Below the pieces are notes generated by a model. The model was given only the letters and a program-made list of their open reading frames with translations, was not told the DNA's origin and searched no databases. Below, in pieces: positions 27,971 through 37,436 of a stretch of DNA of 64,000 bases (within the stretch, counting starts at the first letter, position 1; each line of letters starts with the position of its first letter). Source of the DNA: an uncultured virus (IMG/VR IMGVR_UViG_3300038853_000032). Taxonomy: Duplodnaviria > Heunggongvirae > Uroviricota > Caudoviricetes. Both the position numbers and the translations under genes were made by a program. The stretch is taken from IMG/VR virus record IMGVR_UViG_3300038853_000032; one strand, written 5' to 3'.

Positions 27971-28355
27971 TCAATAATTCAAAACAACGTAACGAATCTA
28001 CTGTACCTTTAGTAATAATCCTAGCAATAGGCCGTGGTTTTACCACAGCTAATTTTCCTATATCACGTTGTCCTAGTAACTTACTCACTTTATTGAATTT
28101 TCCACGTAAATCTTCAACTTGTTGTCGGGACTCTTCAAACTTTTTTTGAGTTTCAGTTGCTAAGTCATGAGCTAAAGCTATATCCTTGGCTTGTTGTTTT
28201 AAAGTAGCTTTCTGTGTTTCCACAGAAAGTTCTAATTTAGCGTTATTCTCATGTAAAATAGCTATTCTTTTTTGGGTGTCCTGGTAGTACCAATAGAACC
28301 CGCCGCTTGCCGCCATTAAGACAACAAGAAGTATTGCAGCTATTTTTAATCCCAT
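27870..28355 (-). CDS. Putative i-spanin
   Basis: N-terminal TM followed by a long coiled coil. Confidence 0.65.
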   Translation of the reverse strand: MGLKIAAILLVVLMAASGGFYWYYQDTQKRIAILHENNAKLELSVETQKATLKQQAKDIALAHDLATETQKKFEESRQQVEDLRGKFNKVSKLLGQRDIGKLAVVKPRPIARIITKGTVDSLRCFELLSGATHTEKELQAEKPSQINKACPAVANPNYLGN

Positions 28356-28440
28356 AATTACTGCATTCCTTTCATTAGTTTAAAAAATGACTTTAGCCAC
28401 CGTTTTTCCCCATCATTGTGGTAATATTGGGTAAAAAGTA

Positions 28441-28614
28441 TTAATCTTCTTTCCACACAATATTATAAATAGCCCAAATAATAGCTACATAAACGGCGGT
28501 CTTTACTAAACTAAAGCCGCCAATCAAAACAAATAACGCAGCAGCGCCAATTAGAATACCATTCCATGAGCTTTTTTCTGCTACTCTTGCTTTAATCCAA
28601 TCTACTACTTTCAT
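28441..28614 (-). CDS. Small two-TM protein, holin candidate
   Basis: MKVVDWIKARVAEKSSWNGILIGAAALFVLIGG...; AGGAG SD; next to spanins. Confidence 0.5.
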   Translation of the reverse strand: MKVVDWIKARVAEKSSWNGILIGAAALFVLIGGFSLVKTAVYVAIIWAIYNIVWKED

Positions 28615-28633
28615 AATTATCTCCTAAACATTA

Positions 28634-28879
28634 TTACTCGGAGGTAGCTCCTCTACGATGAAATGCCCAAGCAATTACGCCAACAGCTACTAACCCTACG
28701 AGTCCCTGACTGCCAAGGTCAGCTACAATTTTGGTAATATTGCCTATAACATCTACTCCAAAGAACGGGATTACGGTTCCTCCAAATATAACTTGTAGTA
28801 CAACCACAAGGGCGACAACTACAATACCTAACTCGGTTATAGAACCTGCCCAATCTCTAACTTTTGTAAGCCAATCCAT
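28634..28879 (-). CDS. Membrane protein
   Basis: Hydrophobic helices; GSQGLVGLVA. Confidence 0.65.
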   Translation of the reverse strand: MDWLTKVRDWAGSITELGIVVVALVVVLQVIFGGTVIPFFGVDVIGNITKIVADLGSQGLVGLVAVGVIAWAFHRRGATSE

Positions 28880-29011
28880 ATTAAATTCTCCTTATGTAAT
28901 TCAATTTGGCGGCTAAAGTCACTTAGTGTATGCGTTACGACCCAGTTTGCATTTTAGCCAACGGATTTTCTAACGCATATTGAATTTTTTTATCAAATTT
29001 TGCTTCTAATT

Positions 29012-29254
29012 CTACTTCAGCCAGGATAAATCTCTCACATGGCGAATCTGAGAACTTTCGCTATTCATTATGATAACCTCTTTAATTACTGTATTTATTT
29101 CTTTGTGCCAAAAATTTAAAAATTTATGTATACGTGGATAGTGCGGCTGACGATCCATCGTTTGCCAAATAAACTCTTGTATCAAAGTGTTATATTGGGG
29201 TCTGTAATATAATACATTTACAGTAGTTAAAATCTTTTTTCTGAGTACCAACAT
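29012..29254 (-). CDS. Usg-family protein
   Basis: TT..V.YYRP....IQEFIWQ..D..P.YPRI.KFL.FW..EI. Confidence 0.8.
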   Translation of the reverse strand: MLVLRKKILTTVNVLYYRPQYNTLIQEFIWQTMDRQPHYPRIHKFLNFWHKEINTVIKEVIIMNSESSQIRHVRDLSWLK

Positions 29255-29278
29255 CCGTCTAAAATTTATTCCTTAAAA

Positions 29279-29485
29279 TTAAGGAGGATTCGCTAACTTA
29301 CTAAGAGTTTCTTCATAATCATCTATTACTCCTAGTAATTCTCGTATATCATGACGATAAGCTTTCCACCAGTTAGTATCCCTTTGAGTATATTTATCAT
29401 CGACTCTGTTATTATTATCTGCTAATTTCAGCCTCTCAAGTACGTCATTTTTAATTTTGTTGATTTCATCTTCGCTTCTCAACAT
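29279..29485 (-). CDS. Hypothetical protein
   Basis: ORF track. Confidence 0.55.
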   Translation of the reverse strand: MLRSEDEINKIKNDVLERLKLADNNNRVDDKYTQRDTNWWKAYRHDIRELLGVIDDYEETLSKLANPP

Positions 29486-29804
29486 TATTTAATCTGCTTT
29501 CTTCTTCACAATGATATTCTTCACTATTCTCCCACACATAAATCTTACAATTCATTTCCATCATTTCATCAACAAGTTTGTCTTGGCATACTTTTTTACC
29601 TTCAACCATATTAAGAAACCGACAATCTTTTTTTGTTATTTCGCTCAACAATAAGTCATGAGTAGGGGGCTTATCTTCAAATAATAGCGCGCCATCAACC
29701 ATTGTCTTAGACCAACCAACTACTTCTAAAAATAAAGGAACCTCAAAAAGCCCGCACCCTGTTAACCACCAACATACTAAAAATACACATGCTGCTTTTT
29801 TCAT
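29466..29804 (-). CDS. Lipoprotein
   Basis: LTGC lipobox. Confidence 0.65.
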   Translation of the reverse strand: MKKAACVFLVCWWLTGCGLFEVPLFLEVVGWSKTMVDGALLFEDKPPTHDLLLSEITKKDCRFLNMVEGKKVCQDKLVDEMMEMNCKIYVWENSEEYHCEEESRLNNVEKRR

Positions 29805-30092
29805 TACCTATCTTTGATGTTATTATACAAGTCAAATAAAGATCGAACCTTATCTTGCAATACTTGAATTGAAGAGTGCATTTTTGCCAACACTATAACT
29901 AAGGTAATAAAAGCAAGTAGCATTGGCCATACGGTATTAGTAATTCCTAAAATATCATCCATCGTATTTCCTAATTATATTGTGAATTTATTACTACACT
30001 TGGTACAAAAGCTGTAGGAGGGATCTTATTCGCAATAACAAATAGGTATAATAATCCTCCTTTCATAACTAACCTCTTTGTAGCATATGAAA

Positions 30093-30413
30093 TTAGAGTA
30101 CATTAAACGACTCCCCGCAACCACACGAAGACTTAATGTTAGGATTATCTAATTTCAGTAAGCTACCAAAAATATCTTTCTTATAATCAATTCTCATTCC
30201 AGCAAGATAAAGCAAACTCATTGCATCTACAATTAAATTATTGCTTTTATCCAAAGGAAACTCTTCATCATCACTTAATGGCAAGTCTACTAACTGCCAA
30301 TCATAAGTAAATCCTGAACATCCCCCGCCTTTAACAGCTAATCTTACTCTCTTATCATTAGTATGCATAATATCTAATAAATGAGACTTAGCCGACTCTG
30401 TTATCGTGATCAT
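30093..30413 (-). CDS. iscA: A-type Fe-S carrier (IscA/HesB)
   Basis: GGGCSGFTY, CGCGESF. Confidence 0.92.
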   Translation of the reverse strand: MITITESAKSHLLDIMHTNDKRVRLAVKGGGCSGFTYDWQLVDLPLSDDEEFPLDKSNNLIVDAMSLLYLAGMRIDYKKDIFGSLLKLDNPNIKSSCGCGESFNVL

Positions 30414-30603
30414 AGTCTTTATACTTGTGATAAATCTGCACGACCCTCTCCCACCTACGATTTGTTAATTTACCGTATTGAAGTTGAGCAGTCAAACAAT
30501 CTCTTATTATCTTCCTTTCAATAGTAATTAAAGGGCAAAAAAGAAAAAAATCTTCTAAACTTTTAGATATATAATTTTTATTATAAGTAACCTTCGTCCT
30601 CAT
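30388..30603 (-). CDS. Hypothetical protein
   Basis: ORF track. Confidence 0.5.
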   Translation of the reverse strand: MRTKVTYNKNYISKSLEDFFLFCPLITIERKIIRDCLTAQLQYGKLTNRRWERVVQIYHKYKDYDHDNRVG

Positions 30604-30611
30604 AGCAATAT

Positions 30612-31271
30612 TTATTTTTCTAATTTCAACTTATAAAATTGATTAATCCTGTATTTTAAATCAGGAATATGAACCAAAGCATTAGTTTCGAAAATTTGTG
30701 GCTCGTTGTTCTCCACCGTAATTACAATTATTATTTTTTTAATATTAGTCTCATAAAGCTCGTTATGAGCATAAGCGTAAGCCGCACACTGAATAAAGTA
30801 ATCTTTAATTTGCTTAACATACTTCTTCTTCCTTGAAGTTTTAAAATCAATAATAGCAGGAACATTTTTCCATTTCCCAACCATATCAGTACGGCCAGCA
30901 AACTCTAAATCTTTACTCCACAAAACTAATTCTTGTCCCCATACCTCTGTTATCCCTTTCTCAACCTCTTTAATCAAATCCTTAGTCATTTGAATAACGT
31001 CTAAAGATTCTTTTGCTAAACTACCATAAATATCTTCATCATTAAAAAATTTCTCTGCATATTCATGAATTAAAGTTCCACGATCTGTAGCCAATTTAGA
31101 AATTCTTTGAGCTTCCTCTTCCCCTACTTTCTCTCTCCATGCTTGTAACCAAGCCTGGTTAGCTGTTTTTCCTAAAACAGTAGTAATAGAAGGAAAATCA
31201 CCGTCAGGAGTAAAATAAGTACGCCCTGACGGTAAGGTTTCCGAATTTATATTATACTGGTAATCAAACAC
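30612..31271 (-). CDS. PD-(D/E)XK exonuclease (phage type)
   Basis: PSITTVL, RGTLIH, AGRTD, IIDFKTS, QCAAYA. Confidence 0.88.
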   Translation of the reverse strand: MFDYQYNINSETLPSGRTYFTPDGDFPSITTVLGKTANQAWLQAWREKVGEEEAQRISKLATDRGTLIHEYAEKFFNDEDIYGSLAKESLDVIQMTKDLIKEVEKGITEVWGQELVLWSKDLEFAGRTDMVGKWKNVPAIIDFKTSRKKKYVKQIKDYFIQCAAYAYAHNELYETNIKKIIIVITVENNEPQIFETNALVHIPDLKYRINQFYKLKLEK

Positions 31272-31272
31272 T

Positions 31273-31680
31273 TTAATTTATAGAATAAGATATCTTAGTA
31301 GGCCCTGAAGAAGGTTTATCAAAACCCTTAGTAAAACCTTGTCCTATTGCTAAAACACAAGAGTTACCGGAAGTAAAATGCTCTACAAAAGTAAAAGTTT
31401 GCGTAGTAGGATTAAAATAAACTTCATAAATAAATTTTCCTTTATAATCAATTCCACTAAAAGCACTTTCTTCCTTATAATGTTCTATAACCTGTTCCTG
31501 AACAGTTTGAGTACTGCTACACACATGCATATGAATAATACTATATTTTATTCCACCTACAATACGATCTTTATGAATATCAAAGTCCGTAGGAGGAGGT
31601 GATGGTCTATTTAAATTTTGTGCTAAACTAGCAAAACTGCTAATTAGCACAAATAAAAATGCTATAAAATATTTTTTCAT
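31273..31680 (-). CDS. Hypothetical exported protein
   Basis: Signal peptide. Confidence 0.6.
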   Translation of the reverse strand: MKKYFIAFLFVLISSFASLAQNLNRPSPPPTDFDIHKDRIVGGIKYSIIHMHVCSSTQTVQEQVIEHYKEESAFSGIDYKGKFIYEVYFNPTTQTFTFVEHFTSGNSCVLAIGQGFTKGFDKPSSGPTKISYSIN

Positions 31681-32183
31681 ATCTGTGTTCTCACTTTTAT
31701 TCGTCTTTTCTTAGCCATTCGAAGTCTCAAACGGCTAACTCTTTCAGTAAATACAACCCCATTTAAATGATCTAACTCATGTTGAAAACATTGTGCCCAA
31801 TCATCTACTAAATCATGTTTACGCACTGAACCAAACTGATCGTAATACTCTACTTTAATATATTGACATCTTTTTATTTTAAGATACAAATCAGGAAAAC
31901 TAAGACATCCTTCAATATTTTCCTGTTGAATTTCAGATTTTTCTAGTATCTTTGGATTCCAACAAACATACCTTCTTTCCTCATTACCCATAACAAAAAC
32001 TCTAAAATTTAAACCTGTCTGATTAGCAGACAAACCTATCCCACCTTGAGTATACATAAGATTTAATAAGTCATTACTAACTTCTTCTAAAAAACTTTTT
32101 TCAGAGTAAAGATTTAAATCATACTCTTTTACGGATTGACGTAAAAATTTAGAAGATTCGTTTAAAAGTTTTAATTTAGACAT
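31677..32183 (-). CDS. def: Peptide deformylase
   Basis: GIGLSANQ, EGCLS, QHELDHLNG. Confidence 0.95.
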   Translation of the reverse strand: MSKLKLLNESSKFLRQSVKEYDLNLYSEKSFLEEVSNDLLNLMYTQGGIGLSANQTGLNFRVFVMGNEERRYVCWNPKILEKSEIQQENIEGCLSFPDLYLKIKRCQYIKVEYYDQFGSVRKHDLVDDWAQCFQHELDHLNGVVFTERVSRLRLRMAKKRRIKVRTQI

Positions 32184-32211
32184 GAATGTATAGTATCATA
32201 AAAATAACCAT

Positions 32212-33141
32212 TTAGCAAGTAGTATTTGAACTTGTTATCTTTTTACGAAGATAATCAGGAATCTGAGGACTAAAATACGGAATCATCTCGTTTCTTACTC
32301 TGATACATTCTTTCTTATCGTATCCATTAAGAATTGCGAGGCGAATTCCGCCAATTGGGTTCTGATAATATAACTCAGGACGATCAATTTGGTAACTAAC
32401 TAAGTTTTTACATAACTCTTTTACTTTCTTTAGACAGATTTTATATTTTACACCACTTTCTCCCCAAATAGCAAATAAATAAAATTTATCTATTTGATCT
32501 TTAAATTCCCAAACTTGATTTTCATAAAGACCAATAATACTATTCATTAAATTATAATTACCCAGACGATCTATATCACCCATTCGTAAGTGAACTTCAA
32601 TAATTACAGGTGTAATATCAGTAATAGTTTCCAAACAAACACACCCTGTATAATTAGGTAATCTAGCCTCTATCCAGTTACAAATATAATGCATAATCAG
32701 GTCAGAAGGAGTTTCAACTTCCCAGTAGTCAAACATTCCTTTTCCTATAGAATGACCTTTAAAACTCACAGCCCACACAGGTAATCCTTTTACTACCATA
32801 ATATCATGACTGTAATGAATTCCATCTACCCACGTCATCCACATACATCCTGGGTGGTAATATTTTTCCAACTCTGTCGAGTTATTAATTTTTCTTGCTT
32901 CGATTCCGCCTCCAAACATATTATAAATAGGTTTTATTACAATAGGATATTTAGAGGGTGTTACCCCTATTGGTCCTCCCGGAACATTTTGTGACAAAAC
33001 TACCTGCAGTTTATTATATACCCAACAGTCCTCTTTAAAATAAGCCCAAGCAACATTATCAGTAGTTGGAATATCTACTGCAGGTTCTTTTAATTTTTCA
33101 TAACAATTTAACTGGCGAGGATCATATTCAAGAAATGCCAT
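32212..33141 (-). CDS. Hypothetical protein, possibly ATP-grasp-like
   Basis: YPIVIKPIYNMFGGG, IIEVHLR. Confidence 0.55.
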   Translation of the reverse strand: MAFLEYDPRQLNCYEKLKEPAVDIPTTDNVAWAYFKEDCWVYNKLQVVLSQNVPGGPIGVTPSKYPIVIKPIYNMFGGGIEARKINNSTELEKYYHPGCMWMTWVDGIHYSHDIMVVKGLPVWAVSFKGHSIGKGMFDYWEVETPSDLIMHYICNWIEARLPNYTGCVCLETITDITPVIIEVHLRMGDIDRLGNYNLMNSIIGLYENQVWEFKDQIDKFYLFAIWGESGVKYKICLKKVKELCKNLVSYQIDRPELYYQNPIGGIRLAILNGYDKKECIRVRNEMIPYFSPQIPDYLRKKITSSNTTC

Positions 33142-33144
33142 TTT

Positions 33145-33170
33145 AAAAAAAAAGGGGGCTTTTGCCCCCT
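33145..33170 (-). terminator. Intrinsic terminator after hsp20
   Basis: AGGGGGC-AAAA-GCCCCCT plus T tract. Confidence 0.8.
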
Positions 33171-33187
33171 AGTTAAATAAGCTTTTA

Positions 33188-33628
33188 TTATGTAGAGATA
33201 TTTATAATTCTCTCTTTTCTTTCTTCTGGTAGAATTTTTTCTAAACCAATCGAAAGTAATCCGTTTTTCAATGACGCTCCTTTAATTACTACGTCATCTG
33301 CAATGTTAAACTTTCTAACAAAGCTCCGAGTAGCTATACCGCGATACCAATGAGAAAAATCATCTATTTCTTTTTCTTCTTTCTGTCCGGTAATTGTTAA
33401 AGTTCCGTCTACATACTTTATTTGAATCTCTTTATCAGTAAAACCCGCTAAAGCAAGTTCAATTATGTATTTTCCGCTATCACTTTTATGAATATTATAA
33501 GGCGGATAATTAGATACACCAGCAGGATCTTCCAACAAGGTGTCTAAAAGCTTTATCATATGATCAAACCCTACAGTTTGACGTCGATAAGGTGCCCAGT
33601 CAAAAACACTAGGTAAATTTGTAACCAT
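33188..33628 (-). CDS. Small heat shock protein Hsp20 (IbpA-like)
   Basis: NYPPYNI, ELALAGF, RGIATRSF, NGLL.I.L. Confidence 0.95.
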   Translation of the reverse strand: MVTNLPSVFDWAPYRRQTVGFDHMIKLLDTLLEDPAGVSNYPPYNIHKSDSGKYIIELALAGFTDKEIQIKYVDGTLTITGQKEEKEIDDFSHWYRGIATRSFVRKFNIADDVVIKGASLKNGLLSIGLEKILPEERKERIINIST

Positions 33629-33735
33629 TTTCTCGTTTCTCCTTTATTAAGCAAGATTAATACGGGAGTCCACATTGTGCAACTCCCTTTGGTTTAGTCT
33701 ATAATTATAATACACTAAATTAACCTATCTGTCAA
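33629..33735 (-). promoter_or_regulatory. hsp20 promoter and ROSE-like RNA thermometer leader
   Basis: TTGACA-17-TATTAT; hairpin GGGAGU/ACUCCC, then UCUUGCU facing the SD AGGAGA. Confidence 0.6.
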
Positions 33736-33755
33736 GATAATTATTAATTTAGAAT

Positions 33756-34073
33756 TTAGAATTTATAAACGTATTCAAAAAATATTTGACCAGCATTCTC
33801 GCCGTAATCGATTCCTTCGGAAGTACGTTTCGTAAGAAAGTTAGGTGATCTTCCGACTTGACGATCCCAGGCCGCCCTCAAGGAATGATTTTGTAGAAAC
33901 TCTTTTGTAACAAAAAGTCTCATTCTATTCTGAGTTCCATCATCTGTATCAAATTGATATCGTGATCCCACGCTGAGACCATCAGTCAATGAGAGCCCTC
34001 CTTCTGCTAAAACTGGACTAGTTATAAGTCCCATTCCAAGCAAGAAACTCATTCCAATAAACATTTTCTTCAT
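33756..34073 (-). CDS. Exported protein, possibly a small outer-membrane beta protein
   Basis: Signal peptide; C-terminal FEYVYKF. Confidence 0.55.
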   Translation of the reverse strand: MKKMFIGMSFLLGMGLITSPVLAEGGLSLTDGLSVGSRYQFDTDDGTQNRMRLFVTKEFLQNHSLRAAWDRQVGRSPNFLTKRTSEGIDYGENAGQIFFEYVYKF

Positions 34074-34190
34074 TTTTATTTCTCCCCTTATTTTTTAGAC
34101 CCCAATTATTGAGTCTGTAAAAAGTATAGCACACGAGTAAGAAAAATTCAATAAAAATTTTCTTCATTTTTTTTAATTCTGCTTATTACT

Positions 34191-34454
34191 TTAAAGACAA
34201 AAAGATAAAAGAGTATTAACTTGCTCATTCTTATCCTCTGTCTCTTCTTTATTACGCTTATGAACAATTTTAGCCGTAGCCCTAATAACAGCTGGTGATA
34301 AGTCGTATTCTTCTTTTAAAGATTTAATAAGCCCATTTACAGTTTCTCTAGAATCTTCTTGTAAAACCAACTGATGAACAATTTCAGTAATTTTAACTTT
34401 TATTTCGGTTCCATTCAAAGGTGAAACAACCTTTTCTTTTTTAGATTGCGACAT
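34191..34454 (-). CDS. Small dsDNA-binding protein (T4 DsbA/GapR-like)
   Basis: Coiled coil followed by LKEEYDLSPAVIRATAKIVHK. Confidence 0.5.
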   Translation of the reverse strand: MSQSKKEKVVSPLNGTEIKVKITEIVHQLVLQEDSRETVNGLIKSLKEEYDLSPAVIRATAKIVHKRNKEETEDKNEQVNTLLSFCL

Positions 34455-34902
34455 TTCTATCTTCTTTCTCTGTATTATCTACAACTAATTTAAGCACTTG
34501 TTTACGTTTAATATCTGGTATAATTCTTACCAATCTTTCTTGTACAAGCTCATCTAAAACATGAGTAGTAAACGCTTTTACACACTCTTCTTTATTAACT
34601 ACGTTAGAAGTTGGAGGAAGTTTTTTTGTTATTACTACTGGATTATCTTGCCAGTATTTTTCAATCATATTTTGAACGTATAACAAATTAGCAGACCCAA
34701 TTTTACGAGGATTCTCTAATAATTCCGCTTTTAAATCAGGCGCAAGTGCTTCATCACTTTCATCTACATGACGAGGATGAACTAATTCCCATAGTCCTCC
34801 TACATAGATTAAACCTTCCTCTTCGTCAATAATATCTTGGGGTTCTCCTCCTAAAATTTTGCCAACAGTAGTAATTAATTTTTTATACCCTTTAACTCTC
34901 AT
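34441..34902 (-). CDS. Hypothetical protein
   Basis: ORF track. Confidence 0.6.
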   Translation of the reverse strand: MRVKGYKKLITTVGKILGGEPQDIIDEEEGLIYVGGLWELVHPRHVDESDEALAPDLKAELLENPRKIGSANLLYVQNMIEKYWQDNPVVITKKLPPTSNVVNKEECVKAFTTHVLDELVQERLVRIIPDIKRKQVLKLVVDNTEKEDRNVAI

Positions 34903-35762
34903 ATTTGTACCTCTGGTGAAAAATAAGTTGTTCTATTATCATTTAAATGCAGCTTTTTAACGGGATTCCCATAAGGATCTTCGCTTTGAGAATATACCAT
35001 TATGCCTGTTCTAGCTTTTGTCATATCTTTTGCCTGGGACGGAAAAGCAACATACTTACCCTGATTATTGTACAAATCAGAGTAATTTTTAATTGTTGCC
35101 CCTCCTGTTTCAAAGCTGTTTTGTAACACTTTACAAACAGCATGATATAACTGACGCAACTCTCTTTCCGAACATTCTTGAATAGTTTTTGCTGGATGAA
35201 GGCGAGCTAAAAATAAACTTTCACTTTTATAAATATTTCCGACTCCTGAGACATTTTTTTGTTCCATTAAAAATTTGACAAGAGTATCTTTAGAACGTTT
35301 ATAACAGATTTTTAACCACTCTTCTATAGAACAAGGTGCATTTAACATATCAGGACCTATTTCTGCTAATTTTCTATTCAATGCTTCCATAAATAACGCT
35401 CTACTAAAAAACTTTAATGTTCCAAAGTTTCTCATATCACAATAATAAATTTCAGATTGATCAGTAAAAAGCCACCTAACTCTGGCATACTTATTAGCCT
35501 GAGTTTTATAGGTTCCCGTCATTCCCAGACCTGAAAAAATAACTCCCGAATTCATTACCCAATAAATAAATTTACCTTTATTACTAACTCCTAATACTGT
35601 TTGGGGATCATAATTAACAGCCCAATCTCTAAAATCAACAAACCCATCAGGCTCTTTTTTAGTATAACGACCCGATAAAATTTCAATATCTTCAATAGTT
35701 TTATTTTGCACAACCCCATTTAGTTGTCGTGCAATCGTAGTTACTTCTGGTCCTTCAGGCAT
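34899..35762 (-). CDS. Fpg/Nei DNA glycosylase
   Basis: MPEGPEV, KGKFI, LGMTG, GPD, SGVGNIYKSESLF. Confidence 0.92.
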   Translation of the reverse strand: MPEGPEVTTIARQLNGVVQNKTIEDIEILSGRYTKKEPDGFVDFRDWAVNYDPQTVLGVSNKGKFIYWVMNSGVIFSGLGMTGTYKTQANKYARVRWLFTDQSEIYYCDMRNFGTLKFFSRALFMEALNRKLAEIGPDMLNAPCSIEEWLKICYKRSKDTLVKFLMEQKNVSGVGNIYKSESLFLARLHPAKTIQECSERELRQLYHAVCKVLQNSFETGGATIKNYSDLYNNQGKYVAFPSQAKDMTKARTGIMVYSQSEDPYGNPVKKLHLNDNRTTYFSPEVQI

Positions 35763-36013
35763 TAATGTAACATCCTATTTTTAAAAACAACAGTAGGATG
35801 AATTTCGTCTAAATTAGAAGCTGCATATGACAACATATTAGCCACAGCTTCGTTATTAGCTAATAAATGTTGATACTGTTCAACGGCTACTTTTAAAGAA
35901 GCTCCAGCCATTTTCATCCTGTCTTGAGGGTTTTGGGAGAAATGGTTAATTACCTCCCATAAATCGTTCTGCATTTTCCGCATTAATTTTTCATCGTCTT
36001 TCGTAAATTTCAT
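35762..36013 (-). CDS. Hypothetical protein
   Basis: ORF track. Confidence 0.6.
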   Translation of the reverse strand: MKFTKDDEKLMRKMQNDLWEVINHFSQNPQDRMKMAGASLKVAVEQYQHLLANNEAVANMLSYAASNLDEIHPTVVFKNRMLH

Positions 36014-36266
36014 TTTTTCTTTTCTCCGTTATTAATATTTTTTGAAGTGATTCTAACCTATCAAGACACCGAATACCTTTTCTAGAAAATTTTCCATCAT
36101 TAACAATCTCACTAGTTATCAGTTTTAACTCTTGATACCAACGACCTAACCTCTCACTACTAAATTCGTTACTAATAACATTCTTTATTAAATTACCTAA
36201 CTGCCTTCGTTCTTCTTCGGCAGCCCACTCCATTCCACCACTCACTACTATTTCCTTTCTACCCAA
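35991..36266 (-). CDS. Hypothetical protein
   Basis: ORF track. Confidence 0.55.
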   Translation of the reverse strand: MGRKEIVVSGGMEWAAEEERRQLGNLIKNVISNEFSSERLGRWYQELKLITSEIVNDGKFSRKGIRCLDRLESLQKILITEKRKNEIYERR

Positions 36267-36628
36267 TCATGTACTCGATAAGTATTATAAAACCATCCCA
36301 GCTCTTTAGAAATAGTATTAAATTTTATACCATCATTTAAAAAATGAGAATTTATAATTTTTTTAAAATTATAGAAAAACAAATGCCAAGGATTTTTTAA
36401 GTTTAAATGGTTAGTTAAATTTTCAGAACACTTTTCTCCATACCACTTATTATTAAAAGACGGATGAGTATAAAATTTATATTGACGTAAATCTGCTTCT
36501 AAAAAAGTAAATATTTGATAAAAATTTTCTAATTTTTGGGAAACTGAGAGAGAAGACTCTCTGTGTACTCTCCGAAGATTCTTAATTAAATTAAGATACG
36601 GATTTTTAGATTTTTTCTGTATTTTCAT
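36248..36628 (-). CDS. Hypothetical protein
   Basis: ORF track. Confidence 0.55.
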   Translation of the reverse strand: MKIQKKSKNPYLNLIKNLRRVHRESSLSVSQKLENFYQIFTFLEADLRQYKFYTHPSFNNKWYGEKCSENLTNHLNLKNPWHLFFYNFKKIINSHFLNDGIKFNTISKELGWFYNTYRVHDWVERK

Positions 36629-36633
36629 AATAT

Positions 36634-36945
36634 TTAATTATCTCCGGCAAAAGCATAAGTAAGTAACTCTATCCTACACGGAGGTAAAAGTCCCCACATC
36701 TCTTGTTTATTATAGTATTTCATATTTTCTAGAATATCTAGAAAATCATTAATTTCTTTGGCAGAGTAATTATATTCATTTATTTCCCTGCTAGCAGAAA
36801 CCCGCATAGCAGCCTCGCTCATCCAAGACATAGCAAGAGGAATATTCCATTTTACTACGTACTTAGCATCTTTTATCACAGATATAACATCTGTTATTCC
36901 GATACTGAATATAGAAGGTGAAGATGATGATTTTTTTCTTGGCAT
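36634..36945 (-). CDS. Hypothetical protein
   Basis: ORF track; last minus-strand gene before the strand switch. Confidence 0.6.
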   Translation of the reverse strand: MPRKKSSSSPSIFSIGITDVISVIKDAKYVVKWNIPLAMSWMSEAAMRVSASREINEYNYSAKEINDFLDILENMKYYNKQEMWGLLPPCRIELLTYAFAGDN

Positions 36946-36973
36946 TAGTAGTCCTTATGTTATCAGTTTTTAT

Positions 36974-37002
36974 TTGACACTTGAATAGAAATAATATATA
37001 AT
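36974..37002 (+). promoter_or_regulatory. Perfect consensus sigma70 promoter at the strand switch
   Basis: TTGACA-17-TATAAT. Confidence 0.85.
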
Positions 37003-37009
37003 AAAAATT

Positions 37010-37189
37010 ATGTACATTACTAGACAAGATTTAAAAGTCGAGATCAGAGATTTACACGGCCAAATTCGAGAAGTAATTTCTGACTTTAATGGAACAATAC
37101 GCAGCATTAATGAAGATATTACCCAACTTCAAGAACGTGTTACTAATCTTGAATCTATAATAACAAATTTAAAAGGTTTTGGCAAATAA
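37010..37189 (+). CDS. Small coiled-coil protein, apparently leaderless
   Basis: MYITRQDLKVEIRDLHGQIREV...; ATG 7 nt after the -10. Confidence 0.6.
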   Translation: MYITRQDLKVEIRDLHGQIREVISDFNGTIRSINEDITQLQERVTNLESIITNLKGFGK

Positions 37190-37436
37190 AAAAACGATGT
37201 TTAAGCTAATCGGAATATATTTAGATTCAAATCAAAAAACTTATGTGGACTGGACATTAACTCAATGTACAAACATTAGTGATAGAGAATCCCAATTTTA
37301 TAAAGACAATCCTTTATGTGAAAAATACCAAATTTCACGATTTCCTGCTTTTATACTCTTAAAAAACAATGTGTTAACCCGTTTTATAATAGGAAAATAT
37401 CCTTATAAAACTCTTAAACGTAAACTCTTAATATGA
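37179..37436 (+). CDS. Hypothetical protein with a thioredoxin-like C-terminal pattern
   Basis: KYQISRFPAFILLKN; no CxxC. Confidence 0.45.
   Translation: MANKKTMFKLIGIYLDSNQKTYVDWTLTQCTNISDRESQFYKDNPLCEKYQISRFPAFILLKNNVLTRFIIGKYPYKTLKRKLLI

Noticed and set aside
30612..31271. Cas4/CRISPR association
   Set aside because: Ordinary phage PD-(D/E)XK nuclease; no Fe-S cysteines, array or other cas genes
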